A DNA stretch of 64,000 bases from the human T2T-CHM13v2.0 reference genome, Homo sapiens. The stretch is from the NCBI RefSeq assembly GCF_009914755.1, contig NC_060945.1. One strand, written 5' to 3'. Below, piece by piece: positions 15,021 to 27,800 of this stretch. Below the pieces are notes generated by a model, which had not been told where the DNA came from, did no database searches, and worked only from the letters and a program-made list of their open reading frames with translations. Both the position numbers and the translations under genes were made by a program. Numbering within the stretch: position 1 is the stretch's first letter; each line of letters opens with the position of its first letter.

Positions 15021-15387
15021 TGTTATGGTTTGTCTTTGTTTCCCCACCCAAATCTCATCTTACATTGTATTCCCATAATTCCCACATGTTGTGAGAGGGT
15101 CCTGGTGGGAGATAATTGAATCATGGAGCCGGTTTCCCCCATACTGTTCTCATGATAGTGAATAAGTCTCACAAGATCTGACAGTTTTATAAGGAGTTTC
15201 CACTTTTGCTTCATTCTCATTCTCTCTTTGCCTGCTGCCATCCATGCAAGACTTGACTTGCTCCTCCTTGCCTTCTGCCATGATTGTGAGGCCTCCCCAG
15301 TCATGTGGGACTGTGAGTCCATTAGACCTCTTTTTCTTCCCAGTCTCACATATGTCTTTATCAGCAGTGTGAAAATGGACTAATACA
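15021..15387 (+). mobile_element. THE1A LTR (3' LTR)
   Basis: tgttatggtttg...ccccacccaaatctcatc...aaaatggactaataca; followed by AACCT. Confidence 0.9.
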
Positions 15388-16488
15388 AACCTTTAGCCAG
15401 ACTATGGGGAAAAAAGGGAGAAAAGTCAAATAAATAAAATTGAGATGAAAAAGAAGACATTACACTAAAACCACAGAAATTCAAAGAATCATTAGAGACT
15501 ACTATGAGAAAATGTATGCCAAAAAATTTGAAAACCTAGAAAAAAATGGATATATTCCTAGATACATACAACCTGCAAAGATTGAACCATGAAAAAATCC
15601 AAAATCTGAATAGACAAATAACAAGTAATGAGATCAAAGCTGTAATAAAGTCTCCGATCAAAGAAAAGCCCAATACCTGATGGATTCACTGCTGAATTCT
15701 ACCAAATATTTGAAAAACTAATACCAGTCTTACTCAATCTATTCCAAAAAATTCAAGGAGGAGGGAATACTTCCAAACTCCTTCTATAAGGCCAGTATTA
15801 TCCTGATACCAAAACCAGAGAAAGGCACATCAAAAAAAGAAAACTGCAAGCCAATATCTCTGATGAATATTGTTGCAAAAATTCTCAACAAAATACTAGC
15901 AAACATTTTCAACAATACATTTAAAAGATCATTCATCACGACCAGGTGAAATTTATCCCAGGGATTCAAGGATGGTTCAACAGATACAAATCAACTGATA
16001 TGATTCATCATATCAGCAGAACAAAGGACAAAAAGTATATGATCATTTAAATCGATGCTGAAAAACCATTTGATAAAATTTGACATCCCTTCATTCATGA
16101 TAAAAAAAAAAAACTTGGTATAGAAGGAACATATCTCAACATAATAAAAGTTATATAAGACAGACCCACAGCTAGTACCATACTGAATGGGGAAAAACTG
16201 AACACCTTTCCTGTAAGGTCTGGAAGACAACAAGGATGGCCACTTTCACCGCTGTTATTCAACATAGTACTGGAAGTCCTAGCTAGAGCAATCAGACAAG
16301 AGAAAAAAATAAAGGCCATCAAAATTGGAAAGAAATAAGTCAAATTATCCATGTTTGCAGATTATATGATCTTATATAGAGAAAAACCAAAAACCCTAAA
16401 GACCACAAGAAAACTGTTAGAACTGATAAACAAGTTCAGTAATGTTTCAAGATACAAAGTTCAACATACAAAAATCAGTAGCATTTCT

Positions 16489-16753
16489 TTTTTTATATTT
16501 TTTTTAAGACAGAGTCTCACTCTTGTTGTCCAGGCTGGAGTACAATGGTGCAATCTTGGCTCACTGAAACCTCTGCCTCCCAAGTCGCTGGGATTACAAG
16601 CATGTGCCACCACACCTGGCTAATTTTGTATTTTTAGTAGAGACACAGTTTCACCATGTTGGTCAGGCTGGTCTCAAACTCCTGATCTCAGGTGATCACC
16701 CCGCTGGCCTCCCAAAGTGCTGGGATTACAGGTGTGAGCCACTGCACCGGGCC
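16489..16753 (-). mobile_element. Alu (AluSp/Sq-like) with internal deletion
   Basis: 19-bp TSD aaaaatcagtagcatttct at 16470-16488 and 16754-16772. Confidence 0.95.
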
Positions 16754-18105
16754 AAAAATCAGTAGCATTTCTATATATCAACAATGAGCAATCTGAATAA
16801 GAGATAAAGAAAATATCTCATTTATAATAGCTACAAATAAAATAAAATACCTAGGAATTTACCAAAGAAGTAAGAGATCTCCACAATGAAAACTATAAAA
16901 TATTGATTGAAGAAGTTGTCTATAGTTCTTCATGACTTTTAAAAATAATAATAAATGTAGAAATTGAAGAGGACGCACAAAAAATGGAAAGATGCTCATG
17001 CTCATGGATTGGAAAATTTGATATTGTTAAAATGCACATACTACCCAAAGCTATCTACAGTTTAAATGCAGTCACTACCAAAACACCAATTCTATTCTTC
17101 ACAAGGAAAAAATAATTCTAAAATTTATATGGAGCCATAATAGAGCCTGAACAGGCGCTATCCTGAGCAAAAAGAACAAAACTAGAGAAATCATATTACC
17201 TAACTTCAAATTATACTGGAGAGCTATGGTAACCAAAAGAGCATTGTACTGCCATAAAAACAGATCCATAGGTCAAGGCAACAGAATAAGGACCCTAAAA
17301 ATAAATCTATCCATTAACAGTAAACTCATTTTTGACGAAAGTTCCAAGAACATGCATTGGGAAAGCATAGTCTCTTTAGTCTCTTTAATAAATGGTGCTG
17401 AGCAAACTGGACAGCCACATGCAGAAGCATGAAGCTAGACCTCTATTTCTCACCATATATAAAAATCAAATCAAAATGGATTAAAGACTTAAATCCAAGA
17501 CCTGAAACTTTGAATCTACTAGAAAACTTCACGAAAATCTCCAACTCATTGGTCTGAGCAAAGATTTCTTGAGTAAGGCCTCAAAAGCACAGACAACCAA
17601 AGCAAAAATAAATAAATAATAAATGATAATAGGTAAAACAAGTTAAAAAGCTTCTGCATAGCAAAGGAAACACCAACAAAATGAAGAGACAACCTGCAGA
17701 ATGGAAGGAAATATTTGCAAACTACCCACCCGACAAGCAATTAATAACTAGAATATATAAGGAGCTTAAACAACTTGATAGAAAAAAATCAAATAATCTT
17801 ATTTAAAAATGGGTGAAGAATCTAAATGGACATTTCTCAAAAGAAGACATACAAATGATCAACAGGTATTGAAAAAAAGGCCAAATATCACTAATCATCA
17901 GACAAATGCAAGTCAAACCTGCAATGAGATACCACCTTACCCCAGTTAAAATGGCTTTTATATAGGCAATAACAAATGCTGGTGAGGATGTGGAAATAGG
18001 GGAAGCCTCATACACCACTGGTGGAAGTGTAAATTAGTACAGCCACAGTGAAGAATAATCTGGAGGTTCCTTCCAAAACTGAAAAAGGAACTACCATATG
18101 AGGCA

Positions 18106-19422
18106 GTAATATCAGTGTTATTATAGTCTGTGTTTTTCTGGGTACTTACTATTACCAGTAAGTTTTGTACCTTAAGGTGATTATTTATTGTTCATTAATG
18201 TCCTTTTGTTCTCATTGAAGTACTCTTTTTAGTATTTCTGTAGGATGAGTCTGATATTAATGAAACCCCTCAGCTTTTGTTTGTCTGGGAAAGTCTTTAT
18301 TTCTCTTTCATGTTTGAAGGATATTTTTACCAGATATACTATTACAGGATAAAAGTTATTTTCCTTAAGCACTTCAAACATGTCATAACACTCTTCCCTT
18401 CAGGGCAGCAAGGTTCCCCAGGCCCTGGATGGGTCCTGAAGTGCAGTCCAAGAGTCAAAGACTAGAGTCAAAAAACATAGAAGTCTACAGGTAGAAGTCT
18501 ACCTGGTATTCTATTGTGACTGAGCTGACACTCAAACCACAAGATGCAGTCCTTCCCACTTTTCCCTCCCCTTTCCAAAGGCAGAGGAGCCTCACTCTGT
18601 AGCAACCACCACCATCACTCCTGGCCATAAGGAGTACTGCCAGACTACCACTGATGTTCCCTTAAGGCCCAAGGGCTCTTAAATCAGCTTGCAGTAAATG
18701 CTGCATGGCCTGGGACTCACACTTCAGGGCAGTAGGCTCCGCTCTGGCTCAGGGCAGGTCCAGAAATGCCATTTAAGAGTCAAGTCCTGGAATCAGGGAC
18801 CCCAAGAACCCACTTGGTGCTCTACCCTGCTGTGGTAGTATAAGTATCTGAAGCCAGCAAGTCTCAGACATTCACCAAGTCCCTTGATTTAGAATATGGG
18901 TATCACTGCTTGTTATTCAGAGCCCAAGGGCTCTCCAGTTAGCAGGAGATACATGCTGCCAGGGCGGGGTCCTTCCTTTCAAGGCAGCAGCTTCCCTTCT
19001 GGCCCAGGGTGTGTCTAGAAATGTCGTCTGGGAGCTAGGGCCTGAAACAGGGGCCTCTTGATTCTGACCAGTGCCCTATCCTGCTGTAACTGACCTGGTA
19101 TGCAAGATGAAAGACAAAGTCCTCCCCACTCTTCCCTCTCCTCTCCTCAAGCAGAAGGCAGGCGTGTCTTTTGGAGCTGTGAGTTGTGCCACCTCTGGGC
19201 TAGAGGAGGAATAATGCCAGCACTCCCTTGGCTGCCCCAGCTGGTGTCTCAGTATGTCACATGCCCCTCACAATCCACTGTCTCTGGGCTTAGTTTAGCC
19301 CTAGGACTTGCCTATGAGTCGCACTCCTTAAGGCCTAGACTCCCTTTCAAGTTTACTTATGGACTAAGAGCACTTTGGCCCTTGATGGGAGGTTTGCAGG
19401 CACTCAAGTTTGGGATCAGCAC
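18106..19422 (-). mobile_element. Inverted L1M segment (ORF1 end fused to 5' UTR)
   Basis: 18110-18395 is reverse-complement ORF1 C-terminus/inter-ORF; 18395-19420 is reverse-complement L1M 5' UTR repeats (ctggcccagggtgtgtctagaaatgtc). Confidence 0.8.
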
Positions 19423-19424
19423 TT

Positions 19425-20730
19425 TGGAATCAAATTAAAATGGATTAAAGTCTTAAATCTAAGACCTCGAACTATGAAACTGATAAAAGAAAACATTGAG
19501 AATCTCTCCAGGACACTGGGCGGGGCAAAGATTTCATGAGCAATACCCCATAACACAGGCACCAAAGCAAACATGAACAAATGGGACTGCATCAAGTTAA
19601 AAAGCGTCTGTAAAGCAAAGGATACAATCAACAAAGTGAAGAGACAACCCAAAGAATGGGAGAAAATATTTGCAAGCTATTCCTCTGACAAGGGATTAAT
19701 CACTAGAATATATAAGGAACTCAAACAACTCTGCAGAAAAAAAAATCTAATAATCTGATTTTTAAAATAGGCAAAATATTTAAATAGATGGTTCTCAAAA
19801 GAAGACATACAAATGGTAAACACACACATGAAAAGGTGCTCAGCATCACTGATCACCAGAGAAATGCAAATAAAAACTACAAGGAGAGATTATCTCACCC
19901 CAATTCAAATGGCTTATATCCAAAAGACAGGCAATAACAAATGCTGGCTAAGATGCGGAGAAAAGGGAATCAATCCTTGTACACTGTTAGTGGAAATGTA
20001 AATTAGTACAACCACTATGGAGAACTGTTTGGAGGGTTCCCAAAAAACTAAAAATGGAGCTACTATATACTCCAGCAATCCCACTGCTGGGTATATACCT
20101 AAAAGAAAGAAAATCAGTATACCAAAGAGATATCTGCACTTCTATATTTCTTGCAGCACTGTTTACAATACCTAAAATTTGGAAGCAACCTGAGTGTCCA
20201 TCAACAGATGAATAGATAAAGAAAATGTGGTACATATACACAATGGAGTACTTTTCAACCATAAAAAAGAATGAGATCCAGTCATTTGCAACAATGTGGA
20301 TGGAACTGGAGATCATTATGTTAAGTGAAATAAGCCAGGTACAGAAAGACAAACATCCCATGGTGGGATCTAAAAATCAAATCAATTGAACTCATTGACA
20401 TAGAGAGTTGAAGGATGGTTTATGAGAGGGTGGAAATGGTGGTGAGGGGTTGGGGGGGCAGGTTGGGGTGGTTAGTGGGTACCAAAAATTTAGAAAGAAT
20501 GAATAAGACCTACTATTTGATAGGACAGTAGGGAGACTATAGTCAATGATAACTTAATTGTATGTTTTAAATAAACTTAAATAATGTAATTAGATTGTTT
20601 GTAACTCAAAGGATAAACGCTTGAGGGGATGGATACCCCAATTCTCCATGATGTGCTTATTTCACATTGAATGCCTGAATCAAAACATCTCGTGAACCTC
20701 ACAAATACATACGCCTACTATGTACCCACA
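19425..20730 (+). mobile_element. L1MA2/3-like ORF2 C-terminus and 3' UTR
   Basis: [14 protein letters not shown]2 remnant; 3' UTR ends ctactatgtacccaca. Confidence 0.85.
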
Positions 20731-21400
20731 GAGGGTTGAGGAGGATGTGAAACCCTTATACACTGTTGGTAGTATTGTAAGTTAGCACAGCTATTTTGGA
20801 AAACAATAAGGAGGTTCCTCAAAAAACTAAAAATAAAATTACCATATCATCTAGCAAACCCACCTTATATGTATATGCCTTTTTTAAAAAATAAAATTAT
20901 GTTATTTGTGACAACACGGATGGACCTAAAGGACATTATGTTACATGAAATAAGCCGGACACGGGGAAGCAAATACCATATGATCTCACTCATGTGGAAT
21001 CTCAGATAGTTGAACTCATAGAAGCAGGGAGTAGAATGGTGGTTTTACAGGCAGGGGATGAAGGGATGGTGTGGATGCGGAGAGTTAATAGGTACAATCT
21101 TTCAGTTATATAGGAGGAATCAGTTCTGGTGTTCTATGGCACAGTACAGTAACTATAGTGAATATTAATAACTTAATATTAATATTAAGGTATTTTAGAT
21201 TTCAAAAAGCTAGAAAAGAGGATTTTCATGACAAGGAAATGATAAATACTTGTGATCAATATGCCAATTATCCTGATTTGATCATTCCACTATGTATGCA
21301 TGGAACATCACATTGTATCCCTCCCATAAATATACACAATTATTGTCAATTTAAAATAATATAACACTTAAAAAGACAAAGAAATTTAAAATAAATACAA
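20731..21400 (+). mobile_element. Third L1MA 3' end fragment
   Basis: ORF2 tail plus 3' UTR (taggaggaat...cctgatttgatcatt) and A-rich end. Confidence 0.8.
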
Positions 21401-21843
21401 TAACATGGTAAGACCTGTATTTAAAGTTCTGGTCCAAATATATGGCAATGATTTTGATCATTACAGATGTTACTACAAACATTCAAACTGATACCTACTG
21501 AGAAGCACTCTAGGCTAAGTGGTTTGGAAATTCTGCATCCCCCAGAATGCTTCAATGCTTCTGATGAAAGCCCTGATATATGGGATTCCTGTTGTGAGAT
21601 CCTAGGTGAATAATCCTAACTGCAGGACTAATATTGGACATACTCAGAGACAGACTTCATAAGGCCACCCTCACTTTTCCACATCAGGTGGAAAGAGAAA
21701 AATGAAATTATTACCTTTCAAAATATTTGTCTGCTTGAATTATTTCACTCTTACCCTTAATAGTAACACCAACTATAATTTACTTGCTCCAGAGACAAAA
21801 TCAGGTCTTCACATATCCTTGAGGCAACTCTATGTGTTGCATG

Positions 21844-21879
21844 CACACATACACACACACACATACACACACACATACA
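21844..21879. repeat. (CA)n/(CATA)n microsatellite
   Basis: Read directly. Confidence 0.85.
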
Positions 21880-22548
21880 TTCTTTGCTCAGCCTGTTCAT
21901 TATTTTATTATCTAACCCTTTCATTATTTCATTGCTCTCCAACTTGGGGACACTTTCAAGACTGTCAAGAAGTTACTGACTTCTGAGTCTTTATTATCAA
22001 AGCAAATGAAATAAACCATGGTTTCCTGCCCCTGACACTTCACCATATGGTATTGATGCAGTGACTAGCCACAAAATGCCAGATGGCCCCAAGATATCAG
22101 TTATTCAAGAATAACATCATACCCACTCAGAATACATGTATAACTCCTCCCAAAGGGTAGTATTACTCTTAATTATAAATTCCTTTATCCAGTACTGAAG
22201 ATATATGTCCAAAGCCTAGGACATACTTGTCTAAATATTTGGACATTTAGAAAAGCAATATTAAATTCTCATCATATTGTGTTGTGTCACTGAAAATACT
22301 GGTGTTAGAACATATCCCACAGGTGTCTCGGGGGTTGGTAAATTATCTTAAGGCTCATGTGGAGAGGATATCTAGTAGAGAAACTCCCTGGAGAATAAAA
22401 GCACTTATAAATAGAAAATCTCCTTCCAAATGGAACTCATCCATGTTGTTCATCTTACATAGCTAGATCAGGAATGTATTTCTATGAAGGCACTGACTGA
22501 AAGTGGAAATCTACCAACCCGTTAATTGATTTTTATATTGAATAAAAT

Positions 22549-22991
22549 TTTTTACCATAACTATTTTTATTACAATAATTAGGAGCAGTACAGTTCATGA
22601 CAAAAATATTACAGATCTCAGATCGCTTCACAGCATGAAGTTATTTTAAATGCTTATACTCTTATAAACACTTAAAAGTTAATTTTAATTTAAGAATGGT
22701 CATTTTTAATGTTTGATATGACCAACATTCCTAATTTAGCACAACGAAATGATGGAAAACAACTGGGTCACACTGCGTGTGTCCCACCAAAGAAAAAAAA
22801 AAACAAAGCACAATGTACAAAATGTGCATGTTTCTATTGACAGTATATGAAAATAGTTAAAATACATGTTACAGGTAAACATGTAATATTAAGAAATAGT
22901 ACTAGTAAAAAGTTGGCATGCAAAAGAAAATGCAAAAAAAATTCAACATGGCAACACAAGACAGTAGAATCGAAAACTTTTGGATAAAATA
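22549..22991 (-). pseudogene. 5'-truncated processed retrocopy of the terminal KRAS 3' UTR
   Basis: The minus strand matches my recollection of the KRAS mRNA end (…gaaacatgcacattttgtacattgtgc…ggaatgttggtcatatcaaacattaaaaatgacca…tttttgtcatgaactgtact…aataaaaatagtta). AATAAA at 22571-22566; short tail; 17-bp TSD at 22532-22548 and 22992-23008. Confidence 0.85.
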
Positions 22992-25140
22992 TTTATATTG
23001 AATAAAATATTAACATAGTATATGCTACACAACTTTGCACAAACCTTCCAAAAGTGATTTTATGTCACTGAGAAGTGACCGAGAACCTTGGACAAGAATC
23101 AATATTGATTTTCCAGGAATATTCCAGGAGAAAAAAGTCTGGGTTGAAGTAATTTCCTTTGTAAGATGAACGGCAAGACCCATACGACCATATTAAAATG
23201 TTGCCACTACAATCTCAGAATTGTGATTGCCAGACACTAACATTTCTGCCAAATAATCTAAATTTTGGTTAGTTAAGCTACAGGAATTTGTACAGAAATT
23301 TTTTTTCCAAGACATGAAAATGAAGAATGCAAATGAATAAAAATGTACTGAGGTGCATTGCTGGAGGAAAATAGCCAAAGTGAAATGACCGATATAGGGT
23401 CTTTATCAATTTACAATTGTATAGCAAGTTGTAAAGTAATGCAATGTATTGTCATTGTCACCAGTTGTTGAATTATAAATTATTTTTCCCTAAAGTTCCC
23501 ACTTTCCCTTTCCTATCTATTCAGCCAATTCAGGCAAATAGTCCATTCTGAGTTATTTCCTGAGGATGCAGGTGTGACAGGGTAGAGTGCAAAAAGGAAA
23601 CTTCCTCTAAGTCTCTGATTTATATGTTTCCAAAATCTTAAAGCTAAAAGGGGTTTATTTTTAGGGGCAAAAATGAATTTGGGAGGAACCTATCAAGATG
23701 TGAACAGGAAGGGATTTCCCCAGAAGGCTAAAAGCATAGGGAATAGCAGAAGAAAAACAAATTAAGGTGGTTTAGAGACAGAACATTGACTCCACTCTCC
23801 AAATTAGAATTTCAGTGAAGGAGCAAGATACCAATTTAGTATTAAAGCCAGAGAATAAATTTGGATATTTGCCCCTCTTCTTAGATAATAAACCCCGAGA
23901 AGTGATAAAGCCCCACATTCCATATGAAGGCAAATAGGGTCATAGATAAGTCCCAGGATAAATCCTTTGCCAGAGAATAGCATGGAAGAAATGGAATGAT
24001 GCCCCAGTTTTCAAGCATAGCATGAAAGTACCAGAGTGATCCATTAGACCTGAAGTCCAAGGTAGACAAGAATGAGAATTGTCTTGACAGTTTACTGCAT
24101 GGATTGGTGAGCAAGGACCAAGTGGCACCATGGAATGGTCAGCAGATATCTGTGTGGACAGATGGCTCAAGGACAAGATGAGTCATGCAATACCTCACAC
24201 TTACATAAGTCTCCCTTGAACTTAAACACAGCCCAGGGAAAAGAGAAAGAGTTTTAGTGTCTGATATCCTAGGGAAATGGAGGATTCAAAGAAAAATTCC
24301 ATTAATACATAGAAAAATAATGTTTCTTACACACCTGGTTTAGTTTGGACTGAGATTTGTACCTGTTATGATAGAAAATATAATTACCATTTATAATCTG
24401 AATTACAGGATATGAGTTAGCTTCCACATATCTGATGCCCAGATTTTCCTAATATGAACACAGTTAAACTTTCCTACATGATATGTGGACCCAACATATC
24501 TTCCCTCACATATGTTCTGTAGCTTCATATATTTTGTTCACCGTGTGCATTTCACTTCTCTTTTATTCCTGATTCTCAGAACAACTGTTCTGTGCAAAGC
24601 ATGACAGCATAAAACCTCTCTGTCCTTCAAGGCCTGTGTTCTATTAAGTCTTTTATATGAACTATCATTTATTGTACATCAACCATACCAGGAACTTTAC
24701 AAGGACTACCTCTTCTTCACAAACATAAAAACATTCAAATTCAGCATCATAATCCCCTTTTTACAGGCAGAAAGCATGGGCTTGGAAAGGCTAAGTAACT
24801 CCCTTACTTTGGTAAGGCAGGCAAGCTTCAAAATCTTTTCTATTTCTAAACCTCCAGCCCAAGTTGATTTTTAGATGGTAACCTTTTGAATGTATTGTCC
24901 ATTCTACCCAAATGTCTCCATAATACATACTACTTAATTTTCTTTTTTTACTTTTTTAAAATCATACAACTAGGCTCTTGTCCTAGTCATTATTTGTATA
25001 TTAAATTTACCTTTTAAGCCAAATTGGAAATCATCAAAATTCACAGATGAGGCATCATTTAGGAAAAACTTTTTCTCTATTTTTAACTTTTTGCAAAATA
25101 CTATTGCTCTTCCAGAAATATTTAAGCTTGCCATGGTCTC

Positions 25141-25367
25141 AAGTGGTAGTTGAAAAATGAAAACACATGGACACAGGGAGGGGAACATCACACATGGGGG
25201 CCTGTCAGGGGGTGAGGGGCTAGGGGAGAGATAGCATTAGAAGAAATACCTAATGTAGGTGACGGGTTGATGGGTGCTGCAAACCACCATGGCACGTATA
25301 TACCTATGTAACAAAACTGCACGTTCCGCACATGTACCCCAGAACTTTAAGTATAATAATAAAAAAG
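25141..25367 (+). mobile_element. L1PA (L1PA7-like) 3' end
   Basis: acacatggacacagggaggggaacatcacac...gcacatgtaccccagaactttaagtataataat. Confidence 0.9.
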
Positions 25368-25439
25368 ACATTTTTTTTCCTCTTTTCTTCTAGATGCTTA
25401 CACTATCTCTCTTCTTGCCCCGACAACTAAGATTTTTAA

Positions 25440-26330
25440 GAGTGGCTGCATTCCCTGTAGTCTCTAGCTCACCTCCTATTCACTCCCCACCCCGCTGCAA
25501 TCTGGTTTTCTCTCACTAAGCCACTAAGGGCTCTTTGTGATGTTACCAGTGAGCTACTTGCTGCTAAACCCAATGGACACTGATTGGTCTTTATCTAATT
25601 GATTATTGTGACACAAAAATATAACTAAGGAGGAAGAAGAGAGATTATCTGCCTTGAGCACTTTTTCCATAAGTGAAACATTTAAAGCTTTATTATTGAA
25701 GTAATATGTTCACATAACCAAGATAGTTGTCAACACCATGGTGCAAGGAAATAAAAGGAAAGAGTGTAAAAGCTAAATAGCAAGACCCAGAAAGAAGAGA
25801 GTGGAGGTATTACTCCTTTTTGAACAGCGAGTTCCCCATTACCTAATAATGGCCACGCAGGACATGCTGCATTGATAGAGGAACTTGGAATCCTCTTCTT
25901 AAACACTGTGTCCCTTGGCTCTCAGGCACCTCTCAGCCCCACATCTTCCCCATGTACCACTTCCATTGCCTGGACCTCTGTTATCCCAGAAAATTTCTAT
26001 TAGAAATCCTTCTAATTTCTACTCATGTTTCAAGTCTTCACTTCATATCTCCTCATCATAGAGGGCTTCCATGATTCTCCAGGATTAAATTCCCCTTGCT
26101 TTAGACAACTTTACAACCTCTTTTGCAATGCTCATCACAGTTGTTACCACTAATGAATTATTCAATAATATTGAATATCTGTCTTGGCTGACTGTGATCT
26201 TCAGGAAGACAAATGGAGATCATCTTTCATGTTCACTGATATAGCCCTAGGGCCTAATAGAGTGCCTGGCAAATTATAAATGCTTGATGATTGTTCCCTG
26301 CATTGTTGAATTGAATTGTGCTGAATTGAA
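25440..26330 (+). mobile_element. Degraded L2 fragments
   Basis: ctgcaatctggtttt...gctaaacccaatggaca; 3' end agagtgcctggca...gttgaattgaat. Confidence 0.6.
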
Positions 26331-26388
26331 ATTTTCTTAAACCAATATTTCTATCACATTTTAGAAGGTGCATTTGCAATATAGGGAG

Positions 26389-27172
26389 TGTCTTGATCAG
26401 TTTGGGCTACTGTAACAAAATACCATAGACTAGTACTTAAACAACAAACATTCTTGAGGCTGGAAGTCTGAGATCAGGGTCCAATCATTGTGGGATTCTA
26501 ACAAAGATCCCCTTCTGGGTTGCAGACTTCCAACTCCTCAATGTATCCTCCCATGGTGGAAAGAGAGCAAGAGCTCTCTGTCCTCTTCTTATAAGGGCAC
26601 TAATCCCATTTGTGAGGGCTCCATCCTCATGACCTAATTACCTCCTGAAGACTCCACCTTCAAATACCATCTGTGTTAGGCCATTCTTGCTTTGCTATAA
26701 AGAAATGTCTGAGACTGGATACTTTATAAGGAACAGAGGCTTAATTGGCTTGGAGTTCTACACGCTGTACAGGAAGCATGGCCCTGGCATCTGCTGGGCT
26801 TCTGGGGAAGCCTCAGGGAGCTTTTACTCATGGCAGGAGGCAAAGCGGGAGCAGCCTTCTCACATGGCCAGAGCGGGAGCAAGAGTAACAGTGGGGAGTC
26901 GGGGAAGGTGCTGCACACTTGTAAACCACCAGATCTCACGTGAACTCAGTGCGAGGGCTCACTTATCATGAAGGGGATGGCCCAAGACATTCCTGAGGGA
27001 TCCACCTCAATGATCCAAACACCTCTACCAGGCCCCACCTGGCCCCATGTAATTGGGAATTATATTTCAGTATGAGATTTGGGTGGGGACAAATATTCAA
27101 ACTATATCACCATCACATTGTGGGTTAGATTTTGAAATACAAATGTTAGACACAAACATTCTATCCATAACA
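26389..27172 (-). mobile_element. MLT1A-like LTR split by an MST insertion
   Basis: tttgggctactgtaacaaaataccatagac...aatcccatttgtgagggctcc...ccataaca. Confidence 0.8.
26672..27109 (-). mobile_element. MSTB-like solo LTR
   Basis: tgtgttaggccattcttg...aaactatatca; TSD CCATC at 26667-26671 and 27110-27114. Confidence 0.9.
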
Positions 27173-27294
27173 GGGAACATTGAAGGAAGGAGATTATTAT
27201 GATGGTAAATGTCTACAAGTTCTGTCAATAATGAATAGTCTACTGAAGAGATCTTACAGAAGAAAAAAGCATTTAAAGTCTATCATATGTGTTT

Positions 27295-27570
27295 ATTAAA
27301 GGGCAAAATATTTCTGTTAGATAGGAGGAATAAGCTTTAGTGATCTATTGCACAGAATGGTGATTATAAAAAACAATTAAAGAGTAGATTTTAAATGTTC
27401 CCACCACAAAAAAATAATGAGTATGTGAGGGGATGAATTTGTTAATTAGTTTGATTTAATCATTCCACAATGTAAACAAATATCAAAACATCACATCAAG
27501 ACCCCATAAATATATAATATATACCAATTATTTATAATATTTGTTAATTAAAAATAAAGTTAAAAAACAT
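27295..27570 (+). mobile_element. L1MA 3' UTR fragment
   Basis: gttagataggaggaataagc...tttaatcattccacaatgta. Confidence 0.8.
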
Positions 27571-27584
27571 TTTAAAGACTGCAT

Positions 27585-27800
27585 AGAGACAATTGAAGAA
27601 CTTTTTCTAAAGCCTATATATTAGATAATGGTATTATATCAATTTTAAATGTCTTGAGTGTGATCACTGCATTGTGGGTTTGAGGAGAATCTTCTTGTTC
27701 TTCTGAGATACTCATTTAAGTATGTAGGAGTGAAGTGTCATGAATAAGGAGTGAAGTGTCATGCAAAGCTAAAGCAACTAATTCTCAAATAATTGAATTT
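27585..27800 (+). mobile_element. L1ME 3' UTR fragment
   Basis: tattagataatggtattatatcaat...ggagaatcttcttgttctt...gaagtgtcatg. Confidence 0.6.

Larger units (their letters stand above)
10963..18105 (+). mobile_element. Old L1 (L1M1/M2-type 5' UTR plus L1MA ORF2), ORF1/EN deleted, host to two Alus and a provirus
   Basis: 5' UTR 10963-12630 joined directly to ORF2 sequence; ORF2 RT region remnants (MFADYMILY at 16351). Confidence 0.85.

Noticed and set aside
23040-23450. Possible decayed DNA-transposon coding remnant
   Set aside because: No TIRs or recognisable transposase motif.
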